64,000 bases of DNA from Candidatus Hydrogenedentota bacterium (GTDB lineage: Bacteria; Hydrogenedentota; Hydrogenedentia; Hydrogenedentales; SLHB01). Where the stretch lies: assembly GCA_045863335.1 (NCBI GenBank), contig BTVY01000030.1, forward strand, positions 1-64,000, read 5' to 3'. The position numbers and the translations under genes are program-made. Of this stretch, positions 18,363 through 27,146 are shown one piece after another. The first letter of the stretch is position 1. Every line of letters starts with the position of its first letter. The notes beneath the pieces were generated by a model. It ran no database searches and was not told the DNA's origin. It saw only the letters and a list, made by a program, of their open reading frames with translations.

Positions 18363-18399
18363 AAACTCCACCGTCACGTGTGTGGCGGTGGAGTTTTTT
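18363..18399 (+). terminator. Rho-independent terminator
   Basis: AAACTCCACCGTCAC-GTGT-GTGGCGGTGGAGTTTTTT stem plus T tract. Confidence 0.88.
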
Positions 18400-18523
18400 G
18401 TGTGTCTGGCGGGGTGGTGTGTCCAGCTACGGTAAACTTTAATCCCTATTCATGGGGTTGCTAGACTCATCGTGGCCGCTTGGCGGGAATCAAACGTCGA
18501 AACCTGGGAGTCTTTTACAACGG

Positions 18524-18973
18524 ATGCGGGCGGTGGTGCAGCGGGTCTTGGAATCGTCGGTCTCGGTTGACGGCCGAACGGTGGGCCGAATCGGCAAGGG
18601 CCTGCTGGTTCTCCTCGGCGTGGCGGAGGACGATGGCGAGCAGGATGCGCAGTATCTGGCCGACAAGATCGTCGGGCTCCGTTGCTTTTCCGATTCAGAC
18701 AGTAAGTTCAACCTTTCGATTGAAGATGTGGGCGGCGGAGTGCTGGCGATTTCCCAGTTCACGCTTTTCGGAGATTGCCGCAGGGGCCGCCGGCCTTCGT
18801 TTACCAGCGCGGCGCGACCAGAGAAAGCCGTACCGCTTTACGAATCGTTCGTCACGTCGTTGCGGGAACGGGGCCTTACGGTCGAAACTGGTGAGTTCGG
18901 CGCGCACATGGACGTTCATCTCGTGAATGACGGCCCGGTGACACTACTCTTGGATTCAAAGAAGGTGTTCTAG
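18524..18973 (+). CDS. dtd: D-aminoacyl-tRNA deacylase
   Basis: [32 protein letters not shown]. Confidence 0.97.
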   Translation: MRAVVQRVLESSVSVDGRTVGRIGKGLLVLLGVAEDDGEQDAQYLADKIVGLRCFSDSDSKFNLSIEDVGGGVLAISQFTLFGDCRRGRRPSFTSAARPEKAVPLYESFVTSLRERGLTVETGEFGAHMDVHLVNDGPVTLLLDSKKVF

Positions 18974-19019
18974 GGTAGTGAATTTAGAGTTCGCTCCAGT
19001 TTCCCTGGCGGTGCTTGAG

Positions 19020-19053
19020 GAAACATCCCCCTAAATCTCCCTTAAAGGGGGAC
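19020..19053 (+). repeat. REP-like repeat copy
   Basis: gaaacatccccctaaatctcccttaaagggggac. Confidence 0.75.
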
Positions 19054-19112
19054 GTGGAATGGCGCGTTGCGCAATGTCTGTGAGAAGGGACCGGGGTTCA
19101 GGACGTTAAACT

Positions 19113-20831
19113 GTGAACGCATTTTGCGGGATATTGGGCAGGAAGGATAAGGCGGCTGTCGAAGCGATGGCGCGCGCGCTTCAAACTCGTGGCGCTCTAT
19201 CCTACATGGAGTCGGGGCGAGACTATGTCGTGGCGTGTTCACACGCCATCGAAAGGCCCATTTGCCTGCTGGATGGCGAGCCACTTGACGCGTCCGGCCA
19301 TGCGATACCGCCTCGCGGCGTCCACGCGGAATGCTGCGACAAAGTTGGTGACGGCATTCCTGGAATTCGGGGGCCATTCGCCGCGGCCATAGGCATAGGC
19401 GACGGCTCGCGATGGCGGCTGTTACGGGATCGGCTTGGCCGCCGGCCGTTGTATTATTTCCAGGGCACCGGTTTTCTCCTGTTCGCCTCCGAACTGAAAG
19501 CGTTGCTCGCGTCGGGCCTGGTACCGAGACAATTGAATCTGCTGTCAGTCGACCGGTATCTGACCTTGCGGTGCGTGCCGGGGCCGGAGACGATGATCCA
19601 TGGCGTGTTCCAGGTCGCGCCGGGCCATATCGTCGAGTTTGCCAGCGGCGAATTGACGGTCCGGCGGGCGTGGGAATTCGACCTGCACGCCAGCCGTATC
19701 CCCAAGGAGACCGCGGCAGGGCGAGTCGGCGAACTACTCGCGTCCGCAGTCGGGCGAACATCCACAAAGAATGTGCTGTGGTCAGGGGGCATCGATTGCG
19801 CCGCCCTGGCGGCCGTGGCACCGGACCCGCGGCTCGTGTTTGTGGGATTGGACCGTTCGTGGCAGGACGAAGCACGGCTCGCGCGAGAATCGGCGAGACG
19901 GCTCAAGCGCCCGCTTGATGTGCTTGCGGGACGGCGCCTCACCGAGGAGGGGTTCCAGCGCGCAGTCGATTGCCTTGATGAGCCCATCGCCGACGCGTCG
20001 CTGTTTCCACTCTGGATGATTGCGGAAGCGGCTTCCGAGTTGGATGGCGCGTTTATGACCGGACACGGCGCGGACGAGCTGCTCGGCGGCTACGCGCGGT
20101 ATCACTTTCTCGAGAAAGCGAAGGGCGCGCACCGGTTCGTGCCGGCGGGACTCGTGAGTGATCTCATGCCGTCTCTACCGCCGAATGTGATTGTACGGAG
20201 AGCCGGTCAGAGCCTCGCGTTCATCCGGGACACGCAGGAGTCGTACTTGTCGCTCGTGTCCGTGTTCGATCGCGGCGAACGAGACGTGTTGTATACGCAG
20301 GCGATGCGGTCGGCGCTGGTGGAGTTGGGAGAGATTGCGCCTCCATTGCGGGAAACATTTACCCAACCGGACTTAACACGGAACGTGTTATCCCTCGACT
20401 TGCAGGTTGGACTGCCAGACCTGTTGCTGGCCGAGTGCGACCGCGTGGCCGCGGCGCATGGTATCACGCTACATCATCCTTATCTGGATGACGACCTCGT
20501 CGATTTCGCGTTACGTTTGCCTGCGGATATCAAGTTCGGGGTGCGGAGCAAGCCGCTCCTCCGGCTGGCGGTGAAGGGGCAACTGCCGGGATCAATCCGG
20601 CAGCGGGCGCGGCGCGGATTCCGCGTTCCGCAGAGTGGCCGGGCGCTGAGGGTCATCGAACGGATGGCCGACGAACTGATTACACCGGAGCGCGTGGATG
20701 CCTCCGGGATCTTTCGTTGGCAGTCGGTGGATGGAATCGTGCGCACGGCGTCTCACAATGTGTATCGCAGACGCCAGTTCTGGGCGTTGTTGATGTTTTT
20801 TGCGTGGTATCGCAACGTAATGGAGAACTGA
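19113..20831 (+). CDS. asparagine synthetase-like amidoligase with degenerate glutaminase domain
   Basis: RDRLG.RPLYY, FASELKALL, SGGID, DEPIAD, G.GADEL.GGY, PYLD. Confidence 0.85.
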   Translation: MNAFCGILGRKDKAAVEAMARALQTRGALSYMESGRDYVVACSHAIERPICLLDGEPLDASGHAIPPRGVHAECCDKVGDGIPGIRGPFAAAIGIGDGSRWRLLRDRLGRRPLYYFQGTGFLLFASELKALLASGLVPRQLNLLSVDRYLTLRCVPGPETMIHGVFQVAPGHIVEFASGELTVRRAWEFDLHASRIPKETAAGRVGELLASAVGRTSTKNVLWSGGIDCAALAAVAPDPRLVFVGLDRSWQDEARLARESARRLKRPLDVLAGRRLTEEGFQRAVDCLDEPIADASLFPLWMIAEAASELDGAFMTGHGADELLGGYARYHFLEKAKGAHRFVPAGLVSDLMPSLPPNVIVRRAGQSLAFIRDTQESYLSLVSVFDRGERDVLYTQAMRSALVELGEIAPPLRETFTQPDLTRNVLSLDLQVGLPDLLLAECDRVAAAHGITLHHPYLDDDLVDFALRLPADIKFGVRSKPLLRLAVKGQLPGSIRQRARRGFRVPQSGRALRVIERMADELITPERVDASGIFRWQSVDGIVRTASHNVYRRRQFWALLMFFAWYRNVMEN

Positions 20832-20834
20832 CCG

Positions 20835-21779
20835 ATGCGAATCGCTCTTGCGGGGAGCGGATACATGGCGATGCGTTTCGCGCATGCGATTCTTGGGTCC
20901 GGGCACGAGTTGTGCGCGGTGATACAGGACGGCCGGCAGGTACGTGGATTCAAGCGCCGGCTGTATCCGGCGATTGCGCGGATTGTGTCTGGGAATCGAT
21001 CAGTTGCGGGCATCGCGCGACGCCGGGGAATTCCGGTTGTGTACATCGACAAGATGAACGACGAGGAGCTGAAGCCGCTGGAAGCGCTCAAGCCGGACCT
21101 GATTCTGGTCGGCGGGTTTTCCATCATCCTCAAGGCGCCGATCATCCGGCTGCCGCAGATTGGGTGTCTCAATTGCCATTCCGCATTGCTGCCGGCGCAT
21201 CGGGGTCCCAACCCCTTTCGCGCGTGCATCATCGCCAACGAATCGGAGACGGGCGTTACGTTCCATGTTATCGATGAAGGCATTGATACGGGGGACATCG
21301 TCGAACAGGGACGCATCGCGATTCGAAACGGCGACACGGCAGGATCACTGGTCCGGCGCTGTTCGGATCTTTCGGCTGAGTTGGTCATCGACATATTGGA
21401 CCGAATCGAACGCGACGGGTTGCACGGAGAGCCGCAGGACGAATCCAAAGCGTTCTACGACAAGAAACTGACGGACGACGAATTGTATCTGGATTGGAAC
21501 ATGCCTGCCGCGGACCTCGAACGGAAAGTGCGAGGATGTTTCCCGTTCTCACTGGCGCGTATGCGATATCGAGGCCGCAAGATTATCGTCACGCGCGCCC
21601 GTGCGGAGGAGGGTAACAACGAGGCCGAGCCGGGAACCATTCTTGAAACGCGGCCCAACCTGAAAATTGCCACCGGCGACGGCGTGTTCGTCCTGGTCGT
21701 AGGGTATACGATGCGGCCGATTCCGTGGGTCTGGCCCCGGCTCTTTCATCGTCCGGAGCCGGGCGAGCGGATGGGGTGA
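20835..21779 (+). CDS. formyltransferase (Fmt-like, probably sugar N-formyltransferase)
   Basis: NCHSALLP.HRGPNP, ETGVTFH..D.GIDTGDI, C-terminal Fmt domain. Confidence 0.88.
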   Translation: MRIALAGSGYMAMRFAHAILGSGHELCAVIQDGRQVRGFKRRLYPAIARIVSGNRSVAGIARRRGIPVVYIDKMNDEELKPLEALKPDLILVGGFSIILKAPIIRLPQIGCLNCHSALLPAHRGPNPFRACIIANESETGVTFHVIDEGIDTGDIVEQGRIAIRNGDTAGSLVRRCSDLSAELVIDILDRIERDGLHGEPQDESKAFYDKKLTDDELYLDWNMPAADLERKVRGCFPFSLARMRYRGRKIIVTRARAEEGNNEAEPGTILETRPNLKIATGDGVFVLVVGYTMRPIPWVWPRLFHRPEPGERMG

Positions 21780-21782
21780 GGT

Positions 21783-22829
21783 TTGACGCCGCGCGTATCC
21801 ATCGTCATCCCGGCGTTCAACCAGTTGGACTATTGCCGGGAATGTGTGGAATCCATCCGCGCCAATACGGGAACTCCCTATCGCCTGATCCTGGTGGATA
21901 ACGGATCCACCGACGGTGTGGGCGAATACTTCGACTCCATTCCAAACGCTACGGTTGTTCACACAGGGGAGAATCTCGGGTTTCCGACCGGGGTGAATCG
22001 GGGACTGGCTCACGCGGTTGGTCACGTGGTGCTTTTGAATAGCGACACCGTCACGCCGCGCGGTTGGCTCGAGCGTCTGCTGGCGGCGCTGGAGTCGCAT
22101 CCTCGCATGGGCGCTGTGGGTCCGATGACGAATCACGTGTCAGGTCCACAATTGATTCCCGATCTCCACCTGAACTCCATGGATGCGATTAACAAGTATG
22201 CCGATGCGCGGTGGGAGTCACACCGGGGCCAATTGGCGGAAATCGATCGGCTGGTCGGATTCTGCATGCTTATCCGCGAGGAGGCGTTTCGTGATGTGGG
22301 GTTGCTGGATGAATCCTTCGGCATCGGGAATTTCGAGGATGATGATTATTGCATCCGTCTGCGCAGGGCAGGGTATCGGGTGTGCGTAGCACTCGATTGT
22401 TTTGTGTTCCATTACGGAAGCCGCACGTTTCGTGCCATGGGGATCCACGGCGACGCGTACAATGATCTCATCGATCGCAATGAGGATCTGTTCCGTGAGA
22501 AGTGGGGGCTGGAACATGGCGGGGCTACCCATACCGAACAAATCGCCGCGAGGTTGACCGCAGAAGGCCGGGCTGCAGCGAAGGCCGGCGCGACCGCCGA
22601 TGCGTTGCGGGCGTATCGCGAGGCAATATCGACGTGCCCGATCTACGATCCCGCGTATAACGATTTGGGCGTGTTGCTGTGGGAACTGGGCCGACGAGAG
22701 CGCGCTCATGAATGCTTCGCGCGGGCCGTGCAATTAAACCCCGACAATGTCGACGCGCTCGCGAACCTTCGGGATGCGGCGCGTGCGCTGGGGAAACGAT
22801 CACCCCAAGCGCCGGACGTGGGGATTTGA
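21783..22829 (+). CDS. family 2 glycosyltransferase with C-terminal TPR
   Basis: VSIVIP.FN, VDNGSTDG, NLGF, LLNSD, GFCML, FEDDDY; TPR motif AYNDLGVL...AVQLNP. Confidence 0.92.
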   Translation: MTPRVSIVIPAFNQLDYCRECVESIRANTGTPYRLILVDNGSTDGVGEYFDSIPNATVVHTGENLGFPTGVNRGLAHAVGHVVLLNSDTVTPRGWLERLLAALESHPRMGAVGPMTNHVSGPQLIPDLHLNSMDAINKYADARWESHRGQLAEIDRLVGFCMLIREEAFRDVGLLDESFGIGNFEDDDYCIRLRRAGYRVCVALDCFVFHYGSRTFRAMGIHGDAYNDLIDRNEDLFREKWGLEHGGATHTEQIAARLTAEGRAAAKAGATADALRAYREAISTCPIYDPAYNDLGVLLWELGRRERAHECFARAVQLNPDNVDALANLRDAARALGKRSPQAPDVGI

Positions 22830-23680
22830 AGGTGGACGACGTGACGGGTGTCACGCAGCCCGCGCGCTGGACCGATTTCCCGAAACTTGGCCGCGTGTGC
22901 CGCGCGGGGTTGGCGACGCGTGGCGACAGCGAACTGACGCCGGACGACATCGCACTCGCCATCGAGCATGGCGTCAACTATCTCAATTGGTGCGGCCTGG
23001 GACACGAGGACGGGCTGGTCGAGGCGATTCGATCCTTGGGGAAAACTCGCAAAGACGTCTTCGTCGCGGTCCAGTTTCTTGCTCGCACGGCGGACGATGC
23101 GCGTAGGGAACTCAATTCCATTCTGGAATCTCTTCGGACGGATTACGTCGACGTGCTCACGTATTACTACGTGGAGCATGTGGATGAATGGGCGGAGATT
23201 GCCGGCGCCGGCGGCGCCTCGGAAGTAGTGAGGAAAGCCAAGGCTTCGGGGGTAGTACGGTCGATTGGGTTGACGAGCCACCAGCGCCCGCTTGCGGCGT
23301 CGATTGCAGGGCGCGGCGAGATCGACATGATCATGGTGCGGTACAACGCGGCCCATCGTGGCGCGGAGCAGGACGTTTTTCCGGTTACGCGACAACTGGG
23401 GATTCCCGTCGTGGCGTACACCGCACTGCGTTGGGGCGCATTGATGAACGTGACGCCAGACGACCCGACGGGATTTTGCGCGGCGCGAGCGCCGGACTGG
23501 TACCGGTTCGTCCTCATGAACCCCGATGTCACGGTCGGCATTATGGCGCCGCAGACCAGCGCCGAATTGCGGGAGGATCTCGAAGTGCCTTCCGCGTGGC
23601 GGGGACTAAACACGCGTGAACTCGAAGATCTGCGCGCCCACGGTGCCCGCGTCCGGAAACACGCTGGTAGATTCCCGTAG
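22826..23680 (+). CDS. aldo/keto reductase family protein (start approximate)
   Basis: AIEHGVNY, L.TDYVD, GVVRSIGLTSH, MVRYNAAH, G.PVVAY. Confidence 0.85.
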   Translation: MKVDDVTGVTQPARWTDFPKLGRVCRAGLATRGDSELTPDDIALAIEHGVNYLNWCGLGHEDGLVEAIRSLGKTRKDVFVAVQFLARTADDARRELNSILESLRTDYVDVLTYYYVEHVDEWAEIAGAGGASEVVRKAKASGVVRSIGLTSHQRPLAASIAGRGEIDMIMVRYNAAHRGAEQDVFPVTRQLGIPVVAYTALRWGALMNVTPDDPTGFCAARAPDWYRFVLMNPDVTVGIMAPQTSAELREDLEVPSAWRGLNTRELEDLRAHGARVRKHAGRFP

Positions 23681-23682
23681 TA

Positions 23683-24549
23683 TCACCCGGCTGGTTTTTC
23701 GAAGGTCAGGGCGACGACACCGTGCCTTTCTGCGATTTGTGGAGTTTCGTCGATGGGCTCTAATTCCCGCGCGCTCCAGCGCGGCTCGAGGACCTTCGTA
23801 AGGATGGCGATTGGCGATGCCGGGGTGGCGGTGCGGCTGCAATAGCGGGCGTACCAGCCGGGGCGCCGTTCTTGCCAGGCGCGGGACCATATGCGGTTCA
23901 ATCCGGAAGGCCGGATGATCCGCGCCTCCAGGGATTGCCAGTCGTAGTAGCGGCTGAAGAAGACCTTGCCGTCTTCGTTACGGTCCTGCCGGCCATAGGG
24001 ATCGGCATCGACCCAACGTTCGTGGTATTCGGGAACGAGCGGAACGGTGATCACCGCGCGTCCGCCCGGCGCCAGCATGCGCGCAATCTCGCGAATCGCC
24101 TCCGTATCGCCGTCGGCGGCGATGTGCTCGAGAACGCTCACGGAGTAGATGAACGAAAAGGATGCGGCCTCGAAGGGCATGGCGCGGGCATCGCACTGCC
24201 GCGCGTCGAGTGCGCCTTGCCAGGCGGCGCGTTGGTACAGGGCGCACTCCTCCCCCACTGCCGCGATGATATCGGTCGCCACGACGGGAACGCCATGCCG
24301 ACGCGCGAGACAAAGGGCGAGGAGTTTGGGGCTGCCGAGATCGAGTACGTCCGTTTCGCCGCGGTAGGCGGACAGCACTGCGCGAAACTCGTGGTACCGC
24401 CAGAGGTCGACGGGGCAGAGCAGCAGTCGCGCGCTTTGCCGGAGCGCGAAGCGAGACCGGCAGCGAACGAGATTGATCAGGCCACACCGGAAGCCTTCCC
24501 ACCAGAGCGCGCCGTTGGCGATCTCCCCGGCGCTCGACGATTCGCTCAC
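23683..24549 (-). CDS. class I SAM-dependent methyltransferase
   Basis: VLDLGS, DARAMPF...SF, SVSVLEHI, L.PGG..VITVP; GTG start approximate. Confidence 0.87.
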   Translation of the reverse strand: MSESSSAGEIANGALWWEGFRCGLINLVRCRSRFALRQSARLLLCPVDLWRYHEFRAVLSAYRGETDVLDLGSPKLLALCLARRHGVPVVATDIIAAVGEECALYQRAAWQGALDARQCDARAMPFEAASFSFIYSVSVLEHIAADGDTEAIREIARMLAPGGRAVITVPLVPEYHERWVDADPYGRQDRNEDGKVFFSRYYDWQSLEARIIRPSGLNRIWSRAWQERRPGWYARYCSRTATPASPIAILTKVLEPRWSARELEPIDETPQIAERHGVVALTFEKPAG

Positions 24550-24571
24550 AACGGGCGAATCGCGGAGATCG

Positions 24572-27061
24572 TCAGGAGGAGCCAAGCTTTGAGCGCAACG
24601 CGGCCAACTGATCGGCGAGTTGCGTGTTGTGCAGGGCGCCGTCGTCCACGTTACGGGGAGCAGGCTGACGCGGTTTGCCGCCTTTGCCGCCTCGGCCGCC
24701 TTGGCGGGATTCCCCTCGATCGCGATCGCGAGACTTATCAGCACGGGCGGGTCGCGGCCGGCCATCTCCGGCCCGGTCCTCTTTGCGCGGCCTGCGGTCG
24801 CGGTTTTTGCGATCGGCTTGTTCGGGTTTGCGATCGGTAGCGGCCGCTTCGTCGGTACGCGGCGGCCGTGCGGGACGCCGCGGTCGTTCCGGCTTCGGCT
24901 CCGCGGGGAGCAGCGCTTTCATGGAGAGCGAGATGCGCGGTTGCTCCTTGTCAACCTTGATGACTTTGACCTTGACGATCTCGCCCACTTTTACGATGTC
25001 GCGGGGATCGCGCACGAACCGGTTGGCCAGTTCGGAAAGATGGACGAGCCCATCCTGGTGAACGCCGATATCGACGAAGGCGCCGAAATCCGTAACGTTC
25101 GTCACGACACCCTCGATCTCCATGCCTTCTTCGAGATCCTGCACGGAATCCACGCCATCGAGAAACTTGGGGATGCGGAACTCCGTTCTCGGATCCCGGC
25201 CGGGTTTCATCAGTTCGTGACGGATGTCGTCGAGCGTGATCGAGCCGATCACCTCCGTCTGGAAGTTCGAGAGATCCATCTTGATGAGGCCGTCGGAATT
25301 CCGGATCAGCTCCGGGACTGGAATCCCCAGTCCTTCCGCGATACGTTCGACGACCGGATAGGCTTCGGGGTGGATGCCGGTCGCGTCCAAGGGGTTTTCG
25401 CCGCCGGACACGCGCAGGAATCCGGCGCACTGTTCAAAAACGCGGGGACCTACACCGTTCACTTCCATCAATTGGGTTCGGCTCTTGAAGCCGCCCGACT
25501 TCGCGCGGAATTCGATGATGTTCGTGGCGGTGTCCGTCTGGATGCCGCTGATGTACCGGAGCAGGGGCGCGGAGGCGGTGTTGAGATCGACGCCGACCTG
25601 GTTCACACAGTACTCGACCGTGCGCTGCAATCCTTCGCGCAGGGACTTCTGGCTCACATCGTGCTGATACTGACCCACACCAATGTGTCTCGGCTCAATC
25701 TTCACGAGTTCAGCGAGGGGGTCTTGAAGGCGGCGCGCGATGGAGATGGCTCCGCGCACGGTAACATCGAGATCGGGAAACTCATCACGCGCGATCTTGG
25801 ATGCGGAGTAGACAGATGCGCCGGCCTCGTTAACCAGGACGAGAAACGCGCCCTTGTCGCCGATCTTGGCAAGCGCCTGTTTTACGAATCGCGCGGCTTC
25901 TCGCGACCCGGTGCCGTTGCCGATGGCCACGGCTTTGGCGTCGTACTTCTCCAACAGCGCCAGGAGAACTTTTTCCGCGTTCTCCACATCGTTCTGCGGT
26001 GGCGTCGGGTAGATCGTGGCACTCTCGAGGAATTGGCCAGTCGAATCCACGACCGCGAGTTTGCACCCGGTGCGCATGCCGGGATCAACCCCGATCACGC
26101 GCAAAGCGCCGGCCGGCGCGGAGAGCAGCAGGTTCTGCGCGTTTTCGCGAAAGACCCGGATGGCTTCTTCGTCGGCGCGGTCGCGGACGTGGCCAATCAC
26201 TTCGTTTTCGATGGCAGGCCGCAGCAGCCGATCGTAGGCGTCGTCGACTACGAGTTTAATCTGTTCTGCAAATGGGCTATCCGCAGACTTGAGGTAGCGC
26301 GACACCAGTTCTGACTTCAGCGCGGCATCGTCGACGGCCAGTTCCATCCGGAGAAAGCCTTCCTTGGCGCCGCGGTGAACGGCGAGAAAGCGGTGGGACG
26401 GGATTTTGTCGACGGGTTCGCGGAACTCGTAATAGGCCTCGAACTTGGTATGCTTTCCTTCGCAGTTCTTTGTGGGGTGGGCCGCAATAGCGCCCGAGTT
26501 CAGCATGTGATTACGCAAGAACTCGCGCGCATCCCGGTCCACGGAGACTCGTTCGGCCAGGATATGCCGGGCGCCTTCGAGCGCGTCTTCAGCGGACGGC
26601 ACGGCCTTCTCCGGTTTCGCAAATGTGGCTGCAAATGCTTCAATGGACTGTTCGGCGAGTTCCTGGTTCCAGAGGAAGTCCGCGAGGGTCGTCAGTCCTT
26701 TTTCGCGGGCGACGGTAGCCTTGGTACGGCGCGCCTTCTTGTAGGGAAGGTAGAGATCTTCTAGCTCGGTCTTGTCCATGCATCGATCGATCGCGATTCG
26801 CAGTTCTTCGGTGAGCTTTCCCTGCTTGGCGATTGTTTCGAGCACATAGGACCTGCGCGCTGTCAACGACACGAAATACTCGTTCCGTTTCTCAATACGC
26901 TCAAGCTGATCTTCCCGCAGCCCGCCAGTGACATCCTTGCGATACCGCGCGATAAACGGAATCGTTGCGCCGCCGGTAAGCAGTTCGATCGCCTTGGCCG
27001 CCTGCTGCGCCTGAACCTCAACCTCGTCGGCGATGAGCCGGAGGTATTTCTCATCAATCAT
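24572..27061 (-). CDS. tex: Tex RNA-binding transcription accessory protein
   Basis: GATIPFIARYRK, LEDLYLPYK, DPG.RTGCK, NEAGASVYSAS, IGVGQYQHD, S1 domain FGAFVDIGVHQDGLVH. Confidence 0.96.
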   Translation of the reverse strand: MIDEKYLRLIADEVEVQAQQAAKAIELLTGGATIPFIARYRKDVTGGLREDQLERIEKRNEYFVSLTARRSYVLETIAKQGKLTEELRIAIDRCMDKTELEDLYLPYKKARRTKATVAREKGLTTLADFLWNQELAEQSIEAFAATFAKPEKAVPSAEDALEGARHILAERVSVDRDAREFLRNHMLNSGAIAAHPTKNCEGKHTKFEAYYEFREPVDKIPSHRFLAVHRGAKEGFLRMELAVDDAALKSELVSRYLKSADSPFAEQIKLVVDDAYDRLLRPAIENEVIGHVRDRADEEAIRVFRENAQNLLLSAPAGALRVIGVDPGMRTGCKLAVVDSTGQFLESATIYPTPPQNDVENAEKVLLALLEKYDAKAVAIGNGTGSREAARFVKQALAKIGDKGAFLVLVNEAGASVYSASKIARDEFPDLDVTVRGAISIARRLQDPLAELVKIEPRHIGVGQYQHDVSQKSLREGLQRTVEYCVNQVGVDLNTASAPLLRYISGIQTDTATNIIEFRAKSGGFKSRTQLMEVNGVGPRVFEQCAGFLRVSGGENPLDATGIHPEAYPVVERIAEGLGIPVPELIRNSDGLIKMDLSNFQTEVIGSITLDDIRHELMKPGRDPRTEFRIPKFLDGVDSVQDLEEGMEIEGVVTNVTDFGAFVDIGVHQDGLVHLSELANRFVRDPRDIVKVGEIVKVKVIKVDKEQPRISLSMKALLPAEPKPERPRRPARPPRTDEAAATDRKPEQADRKNRDRRPRKEDRAGDGRPRPARADKSRDRDRGESRQGGRGGKGGKPRQPAPRNVDDGALHNTQLADQLAALRSKLGSS

Positions 27062-27146
27062 GGTACTGCCTCTCCAACTGGACTACCTGAACCTCGGACT
27101 CTATCAAATTTCGAGGATATTCACAATGAAATCCGCTACGCACAGC

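Noticed and set aside
18004-20831. Lasso peptide cluster (small peptide plus AsnB-like cyclase)
   Set aside because: No B peptidase or RRE gene, no Thr at -2 before a suitable core, and a terminator plus dtd separate the genes; the AsnB-like gene is coupled to glycan genes
24620-26314. Long antisense ORFs (also 9863-11026, 38791-40014, 44129-45349, 45998-47281, 59180-60322)
   Set aside because: Shadow frames of well-conserved genes, expected from high-GC codon bias; no motifs
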